From positions 1-40,716 of IMG/VR virus record IMGVR_UViG_3300044724_002056: a stretch of DNA of 40,716 bases; one strand, 5' to 3'. Under the pieces are notes generated by a model that saw only the letters and a list, made by a program, of their open reading frames with translations, made no database searches and was not told the origin of the DNA. Shown here piece after piece: positions 18,426-26,681 of this stretch; positions within the stretch are counted from its first letter, which is position 1, and every line of letters starts with the position of its first letter. The DNA is from a virus (lineage: Duplodnaviria > Caudoviricetes). The position numbers and the translations under genes were made by a program.

Positions 18426-18454
18426 ATTATAACAACAAGGACAACAAATGTCAA
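18426..18454 (-). promoter_or_regulatory. Consensus sigma70 (early) promoter
   Basis: TTGACA-tttgttgtccttgttgt(17)-TATAAT with extended -10. Confidence 0.88.
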
Positions 18455-19281
18455 GGCTTTAAATATTTAAATTTACCTTGTTCGTAGTCTTCTAACATTA
18501 CTACTTTGTTTCCTCCACCAGTATAGTGAAGAAAGTTTTGATTATATCCAAGTTCATCTTTATAGTGAGTAGGAGTATCGTTCCACGTTTGGTCAATACT
18601 TTGAATGTTAAATCCGTGTTTGGTTAATTGTCCAGAGATAAACGGTTGGTCGTTGTTTAACCAAAATGGGTCACCGTGTTTATCTCCGTCTTGCATATAG
18701 TCATACCAATCATCAAACTCTTCTCGTGCTTTGAGACGTGCTTCCTTAGTCCATACCAATACACCAGTATTGAATGTAGTAATGCAAGAAGGTCTATAAG
18801 GAGATTCAGTAGGAACAAGTGGAATGTTATTGCGTTTATACTTTTCGGTTAACTGTTTCTTAATCTTATCAGAATAGTCCCAAGTATTATATCCACCGTC
18901 ATCGTCTGTACGAATCTCAGATTCAAAGACACCTGTTACGTCATATCCATTGGTTTGGTCAAAGATATTCTCTTCGGTATTACAAATAATATCGGTATCA
19001 ATGAACGCAACCTTATCAAAGTCATCATACAATGGGTCATAGATTACTCGTAAACATTCAAAGAGTAATACTGTTGAACCTGTTTTACCTGCGGTAAATA
19101 CTTGTCTAGTAGAATAGTGATGAACACAATCTAGTTTTTCTGCATAGATTCTGAATGATTCGGCAGATAGGTCACCTGTTTTACGATAGAGTTCAGAACG
19201 AGTACCTTGAGGATACTCAGGAACTTTTTTTCGTTTCTCAGTTTCCTCATTGGTAATCATATACTGATAGATTAGATTCAT
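18451..19281 (-). CDS. GT-A fold glycosyltransferase (GT8-like)
   Basis: LIYQY, FIDTDI (DxD), FNTGVLV, NDQPFI, WN, FLHYTG; paralogous to 11779-12573. Confidence 0.8.
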   Translation of the reverse strand: MNLIYQYMITNEETEKRKKVPEYPQGTRSELYRKTGDLSAESFRIYAEKLDCVHHYSTRQVFTAGKTGSTVLLFECLRVIYDPLYDDFDKVAFIDTDIICNTEENIFDQTNGYDVTGVFESEIRTDDDGGYNTWDYSDKIKKQLTEKYKRNNIPLVPTESPYRPSCITTFNTGVLVWTKEARLKAREEFDDWYDYMQDGDKHGDPFWLNNDQPFISGQLTKHGFNIQSIDQTWNDTPTHYKDELGYNQNFLHYTGGGNKVVMLEDYEQGKFKYLKP

Positions 19282-19742
19282 TCAGGTAAACCAACACTAT
19301 ATTGTACTTTACCGTCTACTCTTTGTGCAGTAAGAGGTCTATTACGATTCTCTTCTTTACTGACATATGATACGTGAATCCAACCAGACTTAGGGTCTCC
19401 CTCTACATAGAACTCAGAGATAACTTGGTCGTAGTCTAGATTATCTCTAATCCACTTTGCAACTTCTAGGTTATCTTGTCCGTCACATTCAAAGTCAACT
19501 GCTTGACCTTTACTATGTTGTGACCTAGTAGAACCACCGATTGCTTCGTTTAGTGCAGGACTTCTATATCCAGAACTAATCCGAGTAATACCAAAGTGTT
19601 CTCTTATAGGTTGTACTACATTCTCAAATAATGCTTTCGCAGCTTCAAGATGTTCGTCTTTTGGTGTGTTATCAATACCTAAACGAGTTGCGGTCATTGA
19701 CCTAGTAAACTCGTCAAGGGTAAAATTTTTACTTAGTTTCAT
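19278..19742 (-). CDS. Peptidase M15A-like zinc peptidase (probable endolysin)
   Basis: LSKNFTLDE, SSGYRS, SQHSKGQAVD, WIHVS motifs. Confidence 0.9.
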   Translation of the reverse strand: MKLSKNFTLDEFTRSMTATRLGIDNTPKDEHLEAAKALFENVVQPIREHFGITRISSGYRSPALNEAIGGSTRSQHSKGQAVDFECDGQDNLEVAKWIRDNLDYDQVISEFYVEGDPKSGWIHVSYVSKEENRNRPLTAQRVDGKVQYSVGLPE

Positions 19743-20425
19743 TTAATGTTTCCTCGTTCAACCATTTCCTTTGTCATTATATAGTCTCTGACAAACTTTG
19801 ACCGAACAATATCTGCCCACCCAAATTCAATGGTTCTAAAATTATTCATAACCTCTATGATATTCATAAAGTCAAGAATGCCTTTTCTATCTGATTCTTT
19901 AGTTAAATCAGATTGATAGTAATCACCACTAAAGATGATACGACTGTTGTGTCCGACTCGTGTAATTATAGAGTCCAACTCGTGATATGTACAGTTTTGC
20001 ATTTCGTCAACCAAGATAACACAATTGTCTAGAGTTGTCCCTCTGATATATGAAGTAGAGAGAAACTCAATTTTATTTTGTTGTTCTAGTTGTTCGTATG
20101 CTTTCTTTTCATTAAAGAGTTCTGTTGCGATTGCACGATAAGGTGCGGTATAAGCGTCAACCTTTTCCTCAATACTGCCAGGCAGATAACCCATTTCTCT
20201 TGTTGGAACAACACTTCTTACGATAACAAGTTTCTCTTGGTCGTATTTTCTGTCCATAACTTCTTGGAGTGCAAGATACATACCAACAAAAGTTTTACCT
20301 GTTCCAGCAGAACCACATAAAACTAAATGGTCTCCTTCTTCCCAAGAATCATATGCGTGTTGTTGATTTTCTGTTATAGGTTCATAGGATAACAAGTGGT
20401 CAATCTTAAGACGTTTCATTGTCAT
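19739..20425 (-). CDS. phoH: PhoH-family ATPase
   Basis: GSAGTGKT, GYLPG, YIRGTT, VDEMQN, ITRVG, GDYYQSD, DIVRS. Confidence 0.95.
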   Translation of the reverse strand: MTMKRLKIDHLLSYEPITENQQHAYDSWEEGDHLVLCGSAGTGKTFVGMYLALQEVMDRKYDQEKLVIVRSVVPTREMGYLPGSIEEKVDAYTAPYRAIATELFNEKKAYEQLEQQNKIEFLSTSYIRGTTLDNCVILVDEMQNCTYHELDSIITRVGHNSRIIFSGDYYQSDLTKESDRKGILDFMNIIEVMNNFRTIEFGWADIVRSKFVRDYIMTKEMVERGNIK

Positions 20426-20655
20426 GATTTGATGTTGTGTCCTCTTCCAGAACCTTTACCGATTTTTTGCATTAGGTTTTTCCAGTCTCCACTTGTTTTA
20501 TTAATAATATTACCAGTATGACTGACTAGATTGGGGGCACCAATCTGTTGTTGTTCGTCAGGATTTTTTTCTAAACGTTCTTGTAGTTTATCATAACTGC
20601 ACATAACCTCTTCGGTTTCTCCAGTTTTATTATTGATAATTGTGTATAGTGGCAT
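20422..20655 (-). CDS. Small conserved T4-like phage protein (FmdB-like N-terminus)
   Basis: MPLY..NKTGE start; this type is commonly found just upstream of phoH in T4-like phages. Confidence 0.7.
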   Translation of the reverse strand: MPLYTIINNKTGETEEVMCSYDKLQERLEKNPDEQQQIGAPNLVSHTGNIINKTSGDWKNLMQKIGKGSGRGHNIKS

Positions 20656-20996
20656 TAAGTATCCTTTTTTGCGATATAAATTTTAGGTTCGTGACCTGTC
20701 GCATATGCATAGTCTTTTCTTATATATGCACAAATTATGAGTTCGTCTCCGACATTAGTTAAATGAGCACCTGCACCATTAACCGATATTTTATTTGAAC
20801 CTCTGGGTAAAGGTAATGCATAGGTTGTATGTCTATTACCGTTGGTTTTATTGTAAACGTCTACTTGTTCGTATATGCGGATTCCTACCTTATCCATCAA
20901 GTCTTCGTCAATCAGAATAGACCCTTCATAGTCTAAATCTGTTTCAGTGCATATAACACCGTGTAGTTTTGATTTCAATAGTGTTAAATAGTTCAT
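20655..20996 (-). CDS. panD: L-aspartate 1-decarboxylase proenzyme (pyruvoyl-dependent)
   Basis: LKSKLH, DLDYEG|SI self-cleavage site, NGNRHTTY, NGAGAH, GDELII. Confidence 0.93.
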   Translation of the reverse strand: MNYLTLLKSKLHGVICTETDLDYEGSILIDEDLMDKVGIRIYEQVDVYNKTNGNRHTTYALPLPRGSNKISVNGAGAHLTNVGDELIICAYIRKDYAYATGHEPKIYIAKKDT

Positions 20997-21020
20997 AATA
21001 TTATATATCCATAATGACGA

Positions 21021-21040
21021 AGGGGTGCTAATGCACCCCT
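21021..21040 (-). terminator. GC-rich hairpin between the 56-aa ORF and panD (terminator-like)
   Basis: AGGGGTGC-TAAT-GCACCCCT 8-bp stem; weak U tract. Confidence 0.5.
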
Positions 21041-21065
21041 ACGAGACTTTTGACCACCTACCTTA

Positions 21066-21236
21066 TTATGCTAGATTATGAGTATTATGTAACTCGGCAA
21101 TAGTTTGATTAAGAAATGTCCGTTTTATCGTTAACTTGTGAGCAAGGTTGTCTCGTCCTTTTTTCTTGAGACGGTGGATATAGTTATCAAGTTCACGACT
21201 GTCACTCTTTAATCTCTCTATTTGGTTTCTTGGCAT
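21066..21236 (-). CDS. Small basic helical protein (56 aa), not in the ORF track
   Basis: AGGAG Shine-Dalgarno then MPRNQIERLKSDSRELDNYIHRLKKKGRDNLAHKLTIKRTFLNQTIAELHNTHNLA. Confidence 0.75.
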   Translation of the reverse strand: MPRNQIERLKSDSRELDNYIHRLKKKGRDNLAHKLTIKRTFLNQTIAELHNTHNLA

Positions 21237-21284
21237 ATAGTTGCTCCTGTTATTATGGGGTTAAAATAACATAACAAAAGAGAA

Positions 21285-21707
21285 TCAAGATATTAGATTT
21301 GGAAACGCCTCCTCTACTATCTTCTTTGTCAATCCTTTGACTGGTGGTTTCTTTGCCACCATATCAAGAACAATCAGAGCATCTTCTGCGTGAATACTTT
21401 CAAGCAGTTGAATGAACTGGTTCTCGATTTGAAATTGTTGTACTCCCTCTGACCTAAACCCTTTTACATAATTACCGAACTCACGGTGTTTCTGTCGTAA
21501 ACTAGACGGAACACTTTCAGGTCTGTTGGGTGTGTAAGGTGGTTTACCTTCAGGTAGAAGGAACTCTAGACGTTTGTCAAAGCAACCTCTAACTACGTCT
21601 TTAATTGCAGGAACTCGTTGTCCCTGTTCTCTTAGAAAAGCTATCTTGTCTTTTCTATTTTTCAACTTTGTAAAATCCTCAAAGATTTCAAAGACTTCTT
21701 TTTCCAT
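21285..21707 (-). CDS. Conserved T4-like phage hypothetical protein
   Basis: FLLPEGKPPYTPN and FIQLLESIHAEDA motifs recognised from T4-like phage proteins. Confidence 0.75.
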   Translation of the reverse strand: MEKEVFEIFEDFTKLKNRKDKIAFLREQGQRVPAIKDVVRGCFDKRLEFLLPEGKPPYTPNRPESVPSSLRQKHREFGNYVKGFRSEGVQQFQIENQFIQLLESIHAEDALIVLDMVAKKPPVKGLTKKIVEEAFPNLIS

Positions 21708-21744
21708 ATTTTCTCTCTTATATTATATATACGTAGAAAGTTCT

Positions 21745-21936
21745 CTAAACCTTGTAATAATTACAAAATTCTTCTAACATTTCTTCGTATTCATTAATGA
21801 GGTAAATTGCAGTTGCAATTCCCAGTTCGTCACCCTCTAGGGTATATTTTTCTAATCTGTCCTTAGAAACTTGTACATATTCTTCGATTGCACCTTTCTT
21901 TTTTAAAATTTCTTTTTTTGTTAATTTCTCTGTCAC
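21745..21936 (-). CDS. Hypothetical early protein
   Basis: 63-aa ORF overlapping the upstream stop. Confidence 0.65.
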   Translation of the reverse strand: MTEKLTKKEILKKKGAIEEYVQVSKDRLEKYTLEGDELGIATAIYLINEYEEMLEEFCNYYKV

Positions 21937-22352
21937 GTCATTAATACCATTTCTATATAGTGACTTCTATGAAAGTAGTCAGTCATTGCATCGTCTTCGC
22001 AGAAGAAATCTTCACCTTCCATTGCGTCTTTCATTTCACTTAAGAATGCAGTACCTTTTTCACCGTAGTTTTCAGGAATCCAGTATTCATTAACTCTATG
22101 TCCCCACTTACTTGCGTTTTCAAAAACTTCGACAGGACTAAACGTATAGTGTTTTACTTCTCTTTCCAATACCTTATCAGGTGTCATTTGAACTTCACAA
22201 TACTCTTCTAAGATATCCTCTGCACCTTTGATTTTTGCAACCAAAGTAGAATGATTGTTAACACTTAAAGATACTTTGTATCCATACTTATTTGCGACCT
22301 TCTTTACTCCAACCGCAAGTTTCTTTTTATCTTCTTGAGATACATACGCCAT
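21933..22352 (-). CDS. Early protein with a DAMTDYF motif (LPD25/LPD29-like)
   Basis: Own promoter and AAGGAG Shine-Dalgarno; C-terminal EDDAMTDYF. Confidence 0.65.
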   Translation of the reverse strand: MAYVSQEDKKKLAVGVKKVANKYGYKVSLSVNNHSTLVAKIKGAEDILEEYCEVQMTPDKVLEREVKHYTFSPVEVFENASKWGHRVNEYWIPENYGEKGTAFLSEMKDAMEGEDFFCEDDAMTDYFHRSHYIEMVLMT

Positions 22353-22384
22353 AATTAAACTCCTTCTTTTTAAATTACTATATT

Positions 22385-22413
22385 ATTATAACAATGAAAA
22401 CACTCTTTGTCAA
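22385..22413 (-). promoter_or_regulatory. Consensus sigma70 (early) promoter
   Basis: TTGACA-aagagtgttttcattgt(17)-TATAAT. Confidence 0.88.
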
Positions 22414-22691
22414 GCACTTTTTGCAGAAAATGACAAAAAGATATCTCTAACATTTTCTCTGTCAATGGAGTCTCCACCACCCCATAAATGTTCACCTTTG
22501 GTCGAAACACTCTCGTAGTGTCCTCCTAAGTACATTTCCATACACTCTACTGCGTCAAGAGAACCCATACCAATTTCAGGGTAAACTGCGTCCCACTCAG
22601 GTTTATCACTATAGAATGAGAGTAGATACTCAACAAAAACACCTTTCTCTTGGTTTGTTGGATAACCAACTTCTTTATTAAACTCTAACAT
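22410..22691 (-). CDS. Hypothetical early protein
   Basis: 93 aa, TAATG coupling to the upstream gene; FLLSFY-like and GGDSIDRE.VRD motifs. Confidence 0.7.
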   Translation of the reverse strand: MLEFNKEVGYPTNQEKGVFVEYLLSFYSDKPEWDAVYPEIGMGSLDAVECMEMYLGGHYESVSTKGEHLWGGGDSIDRENVRDIFLSFSAKSA

Positions 22692-22897
22692 TATGCAGAC
22701 TCCTCAAGTAATTGTTCTGAAATCCTAGAAATCAAGAAATCTCTTGCTTCGTCAAGGTTAAGTTTCCACATTGGAATATTAATACCAAAGTTTAAGTGAA
22801 GAACTTGTTTAACCTTAGTATCAGACATTTCGTCTACAATGTCAATTGCGTCAGAAATTGCTCTGTCGCAAATAAAATCGTTATTTAAGTTACTCAT
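22691..22897 (-). CDS. Hypothetical early protein
   Basis: ATG at 22897 (MSNLNND) preceded by AAGGAG, downstream of a consensus promoter. Confidence 0.7.
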   Translation of the reverse strand: MSNLNNDFICDRAISDAIDIVDEMSDTKVKQVLHLNFGINIPMWKLNLDEARDFLISRISEQLLEESA

Positions 22898-22929
22898 AAT
22901 TTTCTCCTTTCTTTTCAAATTATACACTT

Positions 22930-22958
22930 ATTATAACAACAAGAACACCTTTTGTCAA
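22930..22958 (-). promoter_or_regulatory. Consensus sigma70 (early) promoter
   Basis: TTGACA-aaaggtgttcttgttgt(17)-TATAAT. Confidence 0.88.
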
Positions 22959-22964
22959 GCCCTT

Positions 22965-23927
22965 TTAGAGAAATTTTACATTAAATTTTTGTTCCCATTC
23001 AATGTGTCTACTATCATATTTTTGTCCTTCACGAGGAACAATCTCTAGAGTATTATCAAAATCTTCTTTGTTTTCGGACATAACATTGAATATCAATTCA
23101 AATGAGTCGTCTAGTATTCCATAGATTACATCTAGTTTTTTTAGTTGAGGAATATTTCTTTTCGCAATGGTATAACACATTTCATAACCATATATTGACG
23201 GAGGTGGGAACATAATACCTTGAACAGACTTTGCGGTCATAAGTGCAGGTAAGATACTTCGTTCAAATGCATTGAAATGATGATATGCAGTTGCAAGTCC
23301 AACATTCTTGTTTTCATAATAATTCATACGACTTGCATTATAGATTGTTTGTTTGTGAGATATAAACTTAAATGGTTCACCTTCAGGAGATAAGAAACCC
23401 ATAAGTCTCAATAACTCTCCGTCACTATTAATAAATGCAGTATCGTTTTCATTGACTTCCCAGACTTTAATGTTATCCTTGTCTTCAGGAACTACTCGTG
23501 CGTCAATGTTTTTTGTTGCTTCTCTAGTATTAAGAACCATCATCCAGAGACCAATCCAACCACCTATCATTTTTTCAATATTACTATTCTTAAAGAATGC
23601 TTGGTCTACTGTAGTCAAACGATTGACTGGCCAATTATCTCCAGAAAACTCTTCAATACTCAGATTATTAATTCTTTCGTTTGCTTTGGTATTAGTATCA
23701 AAAACTGCGTCAGGAATAATAAACAAAGGTAATCCTAATTCTATACACGCAAATACAGCTGCAAGGTTGGTTGCGTCTACTTTAGGTATTTGAACAGTGG
23801 TCACTTCTCCCTTTTTAACACCGTTTTGTATGAGTAAGTGTTTAAACTGATTTATTAGAATACCAAATTCTTCTTTATTAAGATTATCAATTCTAATGTC
23901 GTCTTTTATAAGATTACGATGTAACAC
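22965..23927 (-). CDS. Degenerate adenylate-forming (AMP-binding) enzyme paralogue
   Basis: GVKKGE...AVFACIELGL, ISHKQ, YHH and ILPAL match the neighbouring gene; the SGTTG loop is lost or interrupted. Confidence 0.55.
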   Translation of the reverse strand: MLHRNLIKDDIRIDNLNKEEFGILINQFKHLLIQNGVKKGEVTTVQIPKVDATNLAAVFACIELGLPLFIIPDAVFDTNTKANERINNLSIEEFSGDNWPVNRLTTVDQAFFKNSNIEKMIGGWIGLWMMVLNTREATKNIDARVVPEDKDNIKVWEVNENDTAFINSDGELLRLMGFLSPEGEPFKFISHKQTIYNASRMNYYENKNVGLATAYHHFNAFERSILPALMTAKSVQGIMFPPPSIYGYEMCYTIAKRNIPQLKKLDVIYGILDDSFELIFNVMSENKEDFDNTLEIVPREGQKYDSRHIEWEQKFNVKFL

Positions 23928-25197
23928 TCAAATGTCCTCTTAGTTGTTCATAATTAAGTTTAGTATCTTGATAGAAAGGTGTAATATCAAATCCCTCTGG
24001 TATTTCTATCTCAGTTCTTGGTTTCGGATGTATTATATATTGTCCGTTTATCAGTTCTAGTTCGTCTTCCATATATCGTGGTTCGTCCCACCACTCGTGT
24101 TCTACTTTCATACGACCATTCTCTAAAGTAGTCTTGTAGAAATCGTCTGGTAATATACCCAGACTATTCGGAATAATCTTATCGTGTTCTCCAACATAAT
24201 TTACCAGTAATGGAATTGCAGTATCAATACTACCGTAATGTGATTGAAATAGAACATTATATTCTTTTGCAAGTTCTACAAACTCTTCGTCTAATGCAAA
24301 TCCACACATATTGATATTGACTGTTCTTTTGAATCTACCACCAAAGGTTTCAAGAAAGTCATAGAGTTCTGATTTGTTGGGTATCATTATATTAGAAGGA
24401 GGGTTTTCTAATAAATCTTTTAATCCTATCAATCGGTCAACGTCTTCTTCTGCACTCAAGTCGTGACCAATTGCAAATGAACTATGACCATAACAAAAAA
24501 ACAATGCAGGTAATAGGTGAGTTAACATTGCTGATGCGTGGTGTAGATTTCTGGAATGAACTACTTTTGAATTCTGCACAAACCAGAATGTATGAATATT
24601 ACGAATTGATATACCCATTACTTCTTGGTGTGAGAATGTGATTGGTTTTGATTTTCCTGTTGTTCCAGAAGTAGAACTAACTAATAGTGGGTCGGTAGGT
24701 AATACTTTGGGAAAGTCACAATCACGATATTCGTGATTAAAGTATTTATTAGAAGACGCAGGTGATTCACAATCAATACCAACACCACCGTATCGTTTCA
24801 TCATTTCGTCATGAAGACCGTTATATATTTTAGTGGTATCTTCTTTTGAACTGTAGATATAGTAATCACTTGGGCCGTGAAGTGCAAGTTTAGTAAAAGG
24901 AAGGGATTCTTTGGTCGCAGGACTATCTAATATGAATATTCTTAATCCTAGTTCTGCACACGCAATCAAAGAAGCAATGTGTTGTAGGTTGACCTTCATA
25001 ATAGAAATGGTAATCAAATCACCTTTCTTTGCACCTGCATCACGCAGTCGCCATTTCATTTCATTGGTCAACAAATAAAAGTCTTTATACTCTTGACCGT
25101 CATAAACAAAACCGTATCGTCCACCTATAACTTGACGATTCAATACACCGTTATTCTTTAATGTACCCCAATAATTATCTTTTGATATGCTTGGCAT
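23914..25197 (-). CDS. Adenylate-forming (ANL/AMP-binding) enzyme, apparently lacking the C-terminal subdomain
   Basis: GAKKGD, SSTSGTTGKSK phosphate loop, NLHH, YGSID (YGxTE-like), LG. Confidence 0.72.
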   Translation of the reverse strand: MPSISKDNYWGTLKNNGVLNRQVIGGRYGFVYDGQEYKDFYLLTNEMKWRLRDAGAKKGDLITISIMKVNLQHIASLIACAELGLRIFILDSPATKESLPFTKLALHGPSDYYIYSSKEDTTKIYNGLHDEMMKRYGGVGIDCESPASSNKYFNHEYRDCDFPKVLPTDPLLVSSTSGTTGKSKPITFSHQEVMGISIRNIHTFWFVQNSKVVHSRNLHHASAMLTHLLPALFFCYGHSSFAIGHDLSAEEDVDRLIGLKDLLENPPSNIMIPNKSELYDFLETFGGRFKRTVNINMCGFALDEEFVELAKEYNVLFQSHYGSIDTAIPLLVNYVGEHDKIIPNSLGILPDDFYKTTLENGRMKVEHEWWDEPRYMEDELELINGQYIIHPKPRTEIEIPEGFDITPFYQDTKLNYEQLRGHLSVTS

Positions 25198-25579
25198 GAA
25201 TCTTACATCCTATAAACTCATTATAATACTCGTCACTCAACAAAACGTCATATTCAAATTGTAGTTTTGCCTCGTAGTATGAACACTCACCTTTTGTCCT
25301 ACATAGTCTTAGAACGTCTCTCTGGAAGTCCTGACCCCCTTCTACGAGTGTTTTTACCATTTCTGACGACCCATAGTAGTTCCGCCAGTCAGATTGAACC
25401 CTTGTTCTTTTGCGTCTTTTTCTTGTTTTTGTAACAGGAAGTATCTTAGGTTTCCAGAAAAACTTCTTACCAATATACTTTTTACCAGTACTTAACTCTG
25501 TCAGACAATAAACAAATCCTTGGTATTGTTCCAAGAACTCTTCTTCAGGGTCAAACTCTTTACCTTCATATATCCACAT
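25175..25579 (-). CDS. GIY-YIG endonuclease (T4 endonuclease II/DenA-like)
   Basis: GFVY...KYIGKK, DWRNYYGSS, YYE, YYN motifs. Confidence 0.8.
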   Translation of the reverse strand: MWIYEGKEFDPEEEFLEQYQGFVYCLTELSTGKKYIGKKFFWKPKILPVTKTRKRRKRTRVQSDWRNYYGSSEMVKTLVEGGQDFQRDVLRLCRTKGECSYYEAKLQFEYDVLLSDEYYNEFIGCKIHAKHIKR

Positions 25580-25591
25580 AAAGGTATATAT

Positions 25592-25714
25592 CTATTCTAT
25601 ATCAACACCACACATAGGACAATATTGAGGTTCTTCCTCACTGTCTTTGACTGTAACTTCTACTTTAGTTTCGCAAAGACTACATTCTAAAATGTATACG
25701 TTATCTTCGTCCAC
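25592..25714 (-). CDS. 40-aa zinc-ribbon microprotein, not in the ORF track
   Basis: GTG overlapping the nrdB stop; MDEDNVYILECSLCETKVEVTVKDSEEEPQYCPMCGVDIE (CxxC...CxxC). Confidence 0.72.
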   Translation of the reverse strand: MDEDNVYILECSLCETKVEVTVKDSEEEPQYCPMCGVDIE

Positions 25715-26679
25715 TAGGCAACACTTACTTTTTCGTCCCAACCCCAGTCACCTTCCATACCATTTACGGAATATTCAGTGACACGTTTTTCAAAGAAGTT
25801 ATCGTGTGACGCACCATTCAGTACCCAGTCCAACCACGGTAGTGGATTGTCCTTGACACCAAACTTCGGTTTCATACCTAATTGTAATAGTCTACGGTCT
25901 GCAATGTGACGAATATATTGTTTCACATCTTCTTCAGATAGACCTTCGATTTTACCAGACTGGTATGCAAGTGTAATGAATCGGTCTTCTAACTTAACAG
26001 CATTCTTTGCCATCTGATAGATTTTAGATTTAAGTTCGTCATTTACAATACGTGGATGTTCTTCGCAGAACTCACGGAATAGTTTTGCATTACCTTGTAC
26101 GTGTAGAGTTTCGTCTCTGATAGACCATTCTACAATTGTTCCCATACCTTTCATCTTACCAAAACGTTGGAAGTTTAATAACATTACAAAGGACGCAAAC
26201 AATGACATACCTTCGTTGAATACTGATTGTGCAAGTACTAAAGCAAGACCAGTTAAAGAGTTGATATCACCTTCCTTCATAAAGTCAATCTTGTCTGCCA
26301 TTTCTTTATATTCAAGGAATGCGTGATGTTCTTCGTCAGGTAAACCTAGAGTATCATTCAACAATGCATATGCACGTTGGTGTACACCTTCACGGTTTGC
26401 AAAGGACGATAACATATTACGAATCTCATTGTTCTTAAAACGAGGAATCAAGAGTTCGTGATAATTCTCACCTACTTGTACGTCTGATTGAGTAAACAAT
26501 CTTAATACTTGGGTAATAAATTCTTTTTCTTCTTTGGTTAGTTTAGTTCTCCAATCTTGGATATCTTCAGAAAGTTCTGCTTCGTCTTCTGTCCAATGTA
26601 TCTCTTCGTGTTTCTTTACTAGTTCTACCGCCCAAGGATACAAGAACGGTTTATATGTTTTACTAAAATCTAATAACAT
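25714..26679 (-). CDS. nrdB: Class I ribonucleotide reductase beta subunit
   Basis: HW, FTQSD, REGVHQRAY, FNEG, SIRDETLH, NFFEKRVTEY. Confidence 0.96.
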   Translation of the reverse strand: MLLDFSKTYKPFLYPWAVELVKKHEEIHWTEDEAELSEDIQDWRTKLTKEEKEFITQVLRLFTQSDVQVGENYHELLIPRFKNNEIRNMLSSFANREGVHQRAYALLNDTLGLPDEEHHAFLEYKEMADKIDFMKEGDINSLTGLALVLAQSVFNEGMSLFASFVMLLNFQRFGKMKGMGTIVEWSIRDETLHVQGNAKLFREFCEEHPRIVNDELKSKIYQMAKNAVKLEDRFITLAYQSGKIEGLSEEDVKQYIRHIADRRLLQLGMKPKFGVKDNPLPWLDWVLNGASHDNFFEKRVTEYSVNGMEGDWGWDEKVSVA

Positions 26680-26681
26680 TT

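Noticed and set aside
21000-21062. Possible pan RNA motif or riboswitch upstream of panD
   Set aside because: Only one simple 8-bp hairpin, without tandem bulged stems; better explained as the terminator of the upstream ORF.
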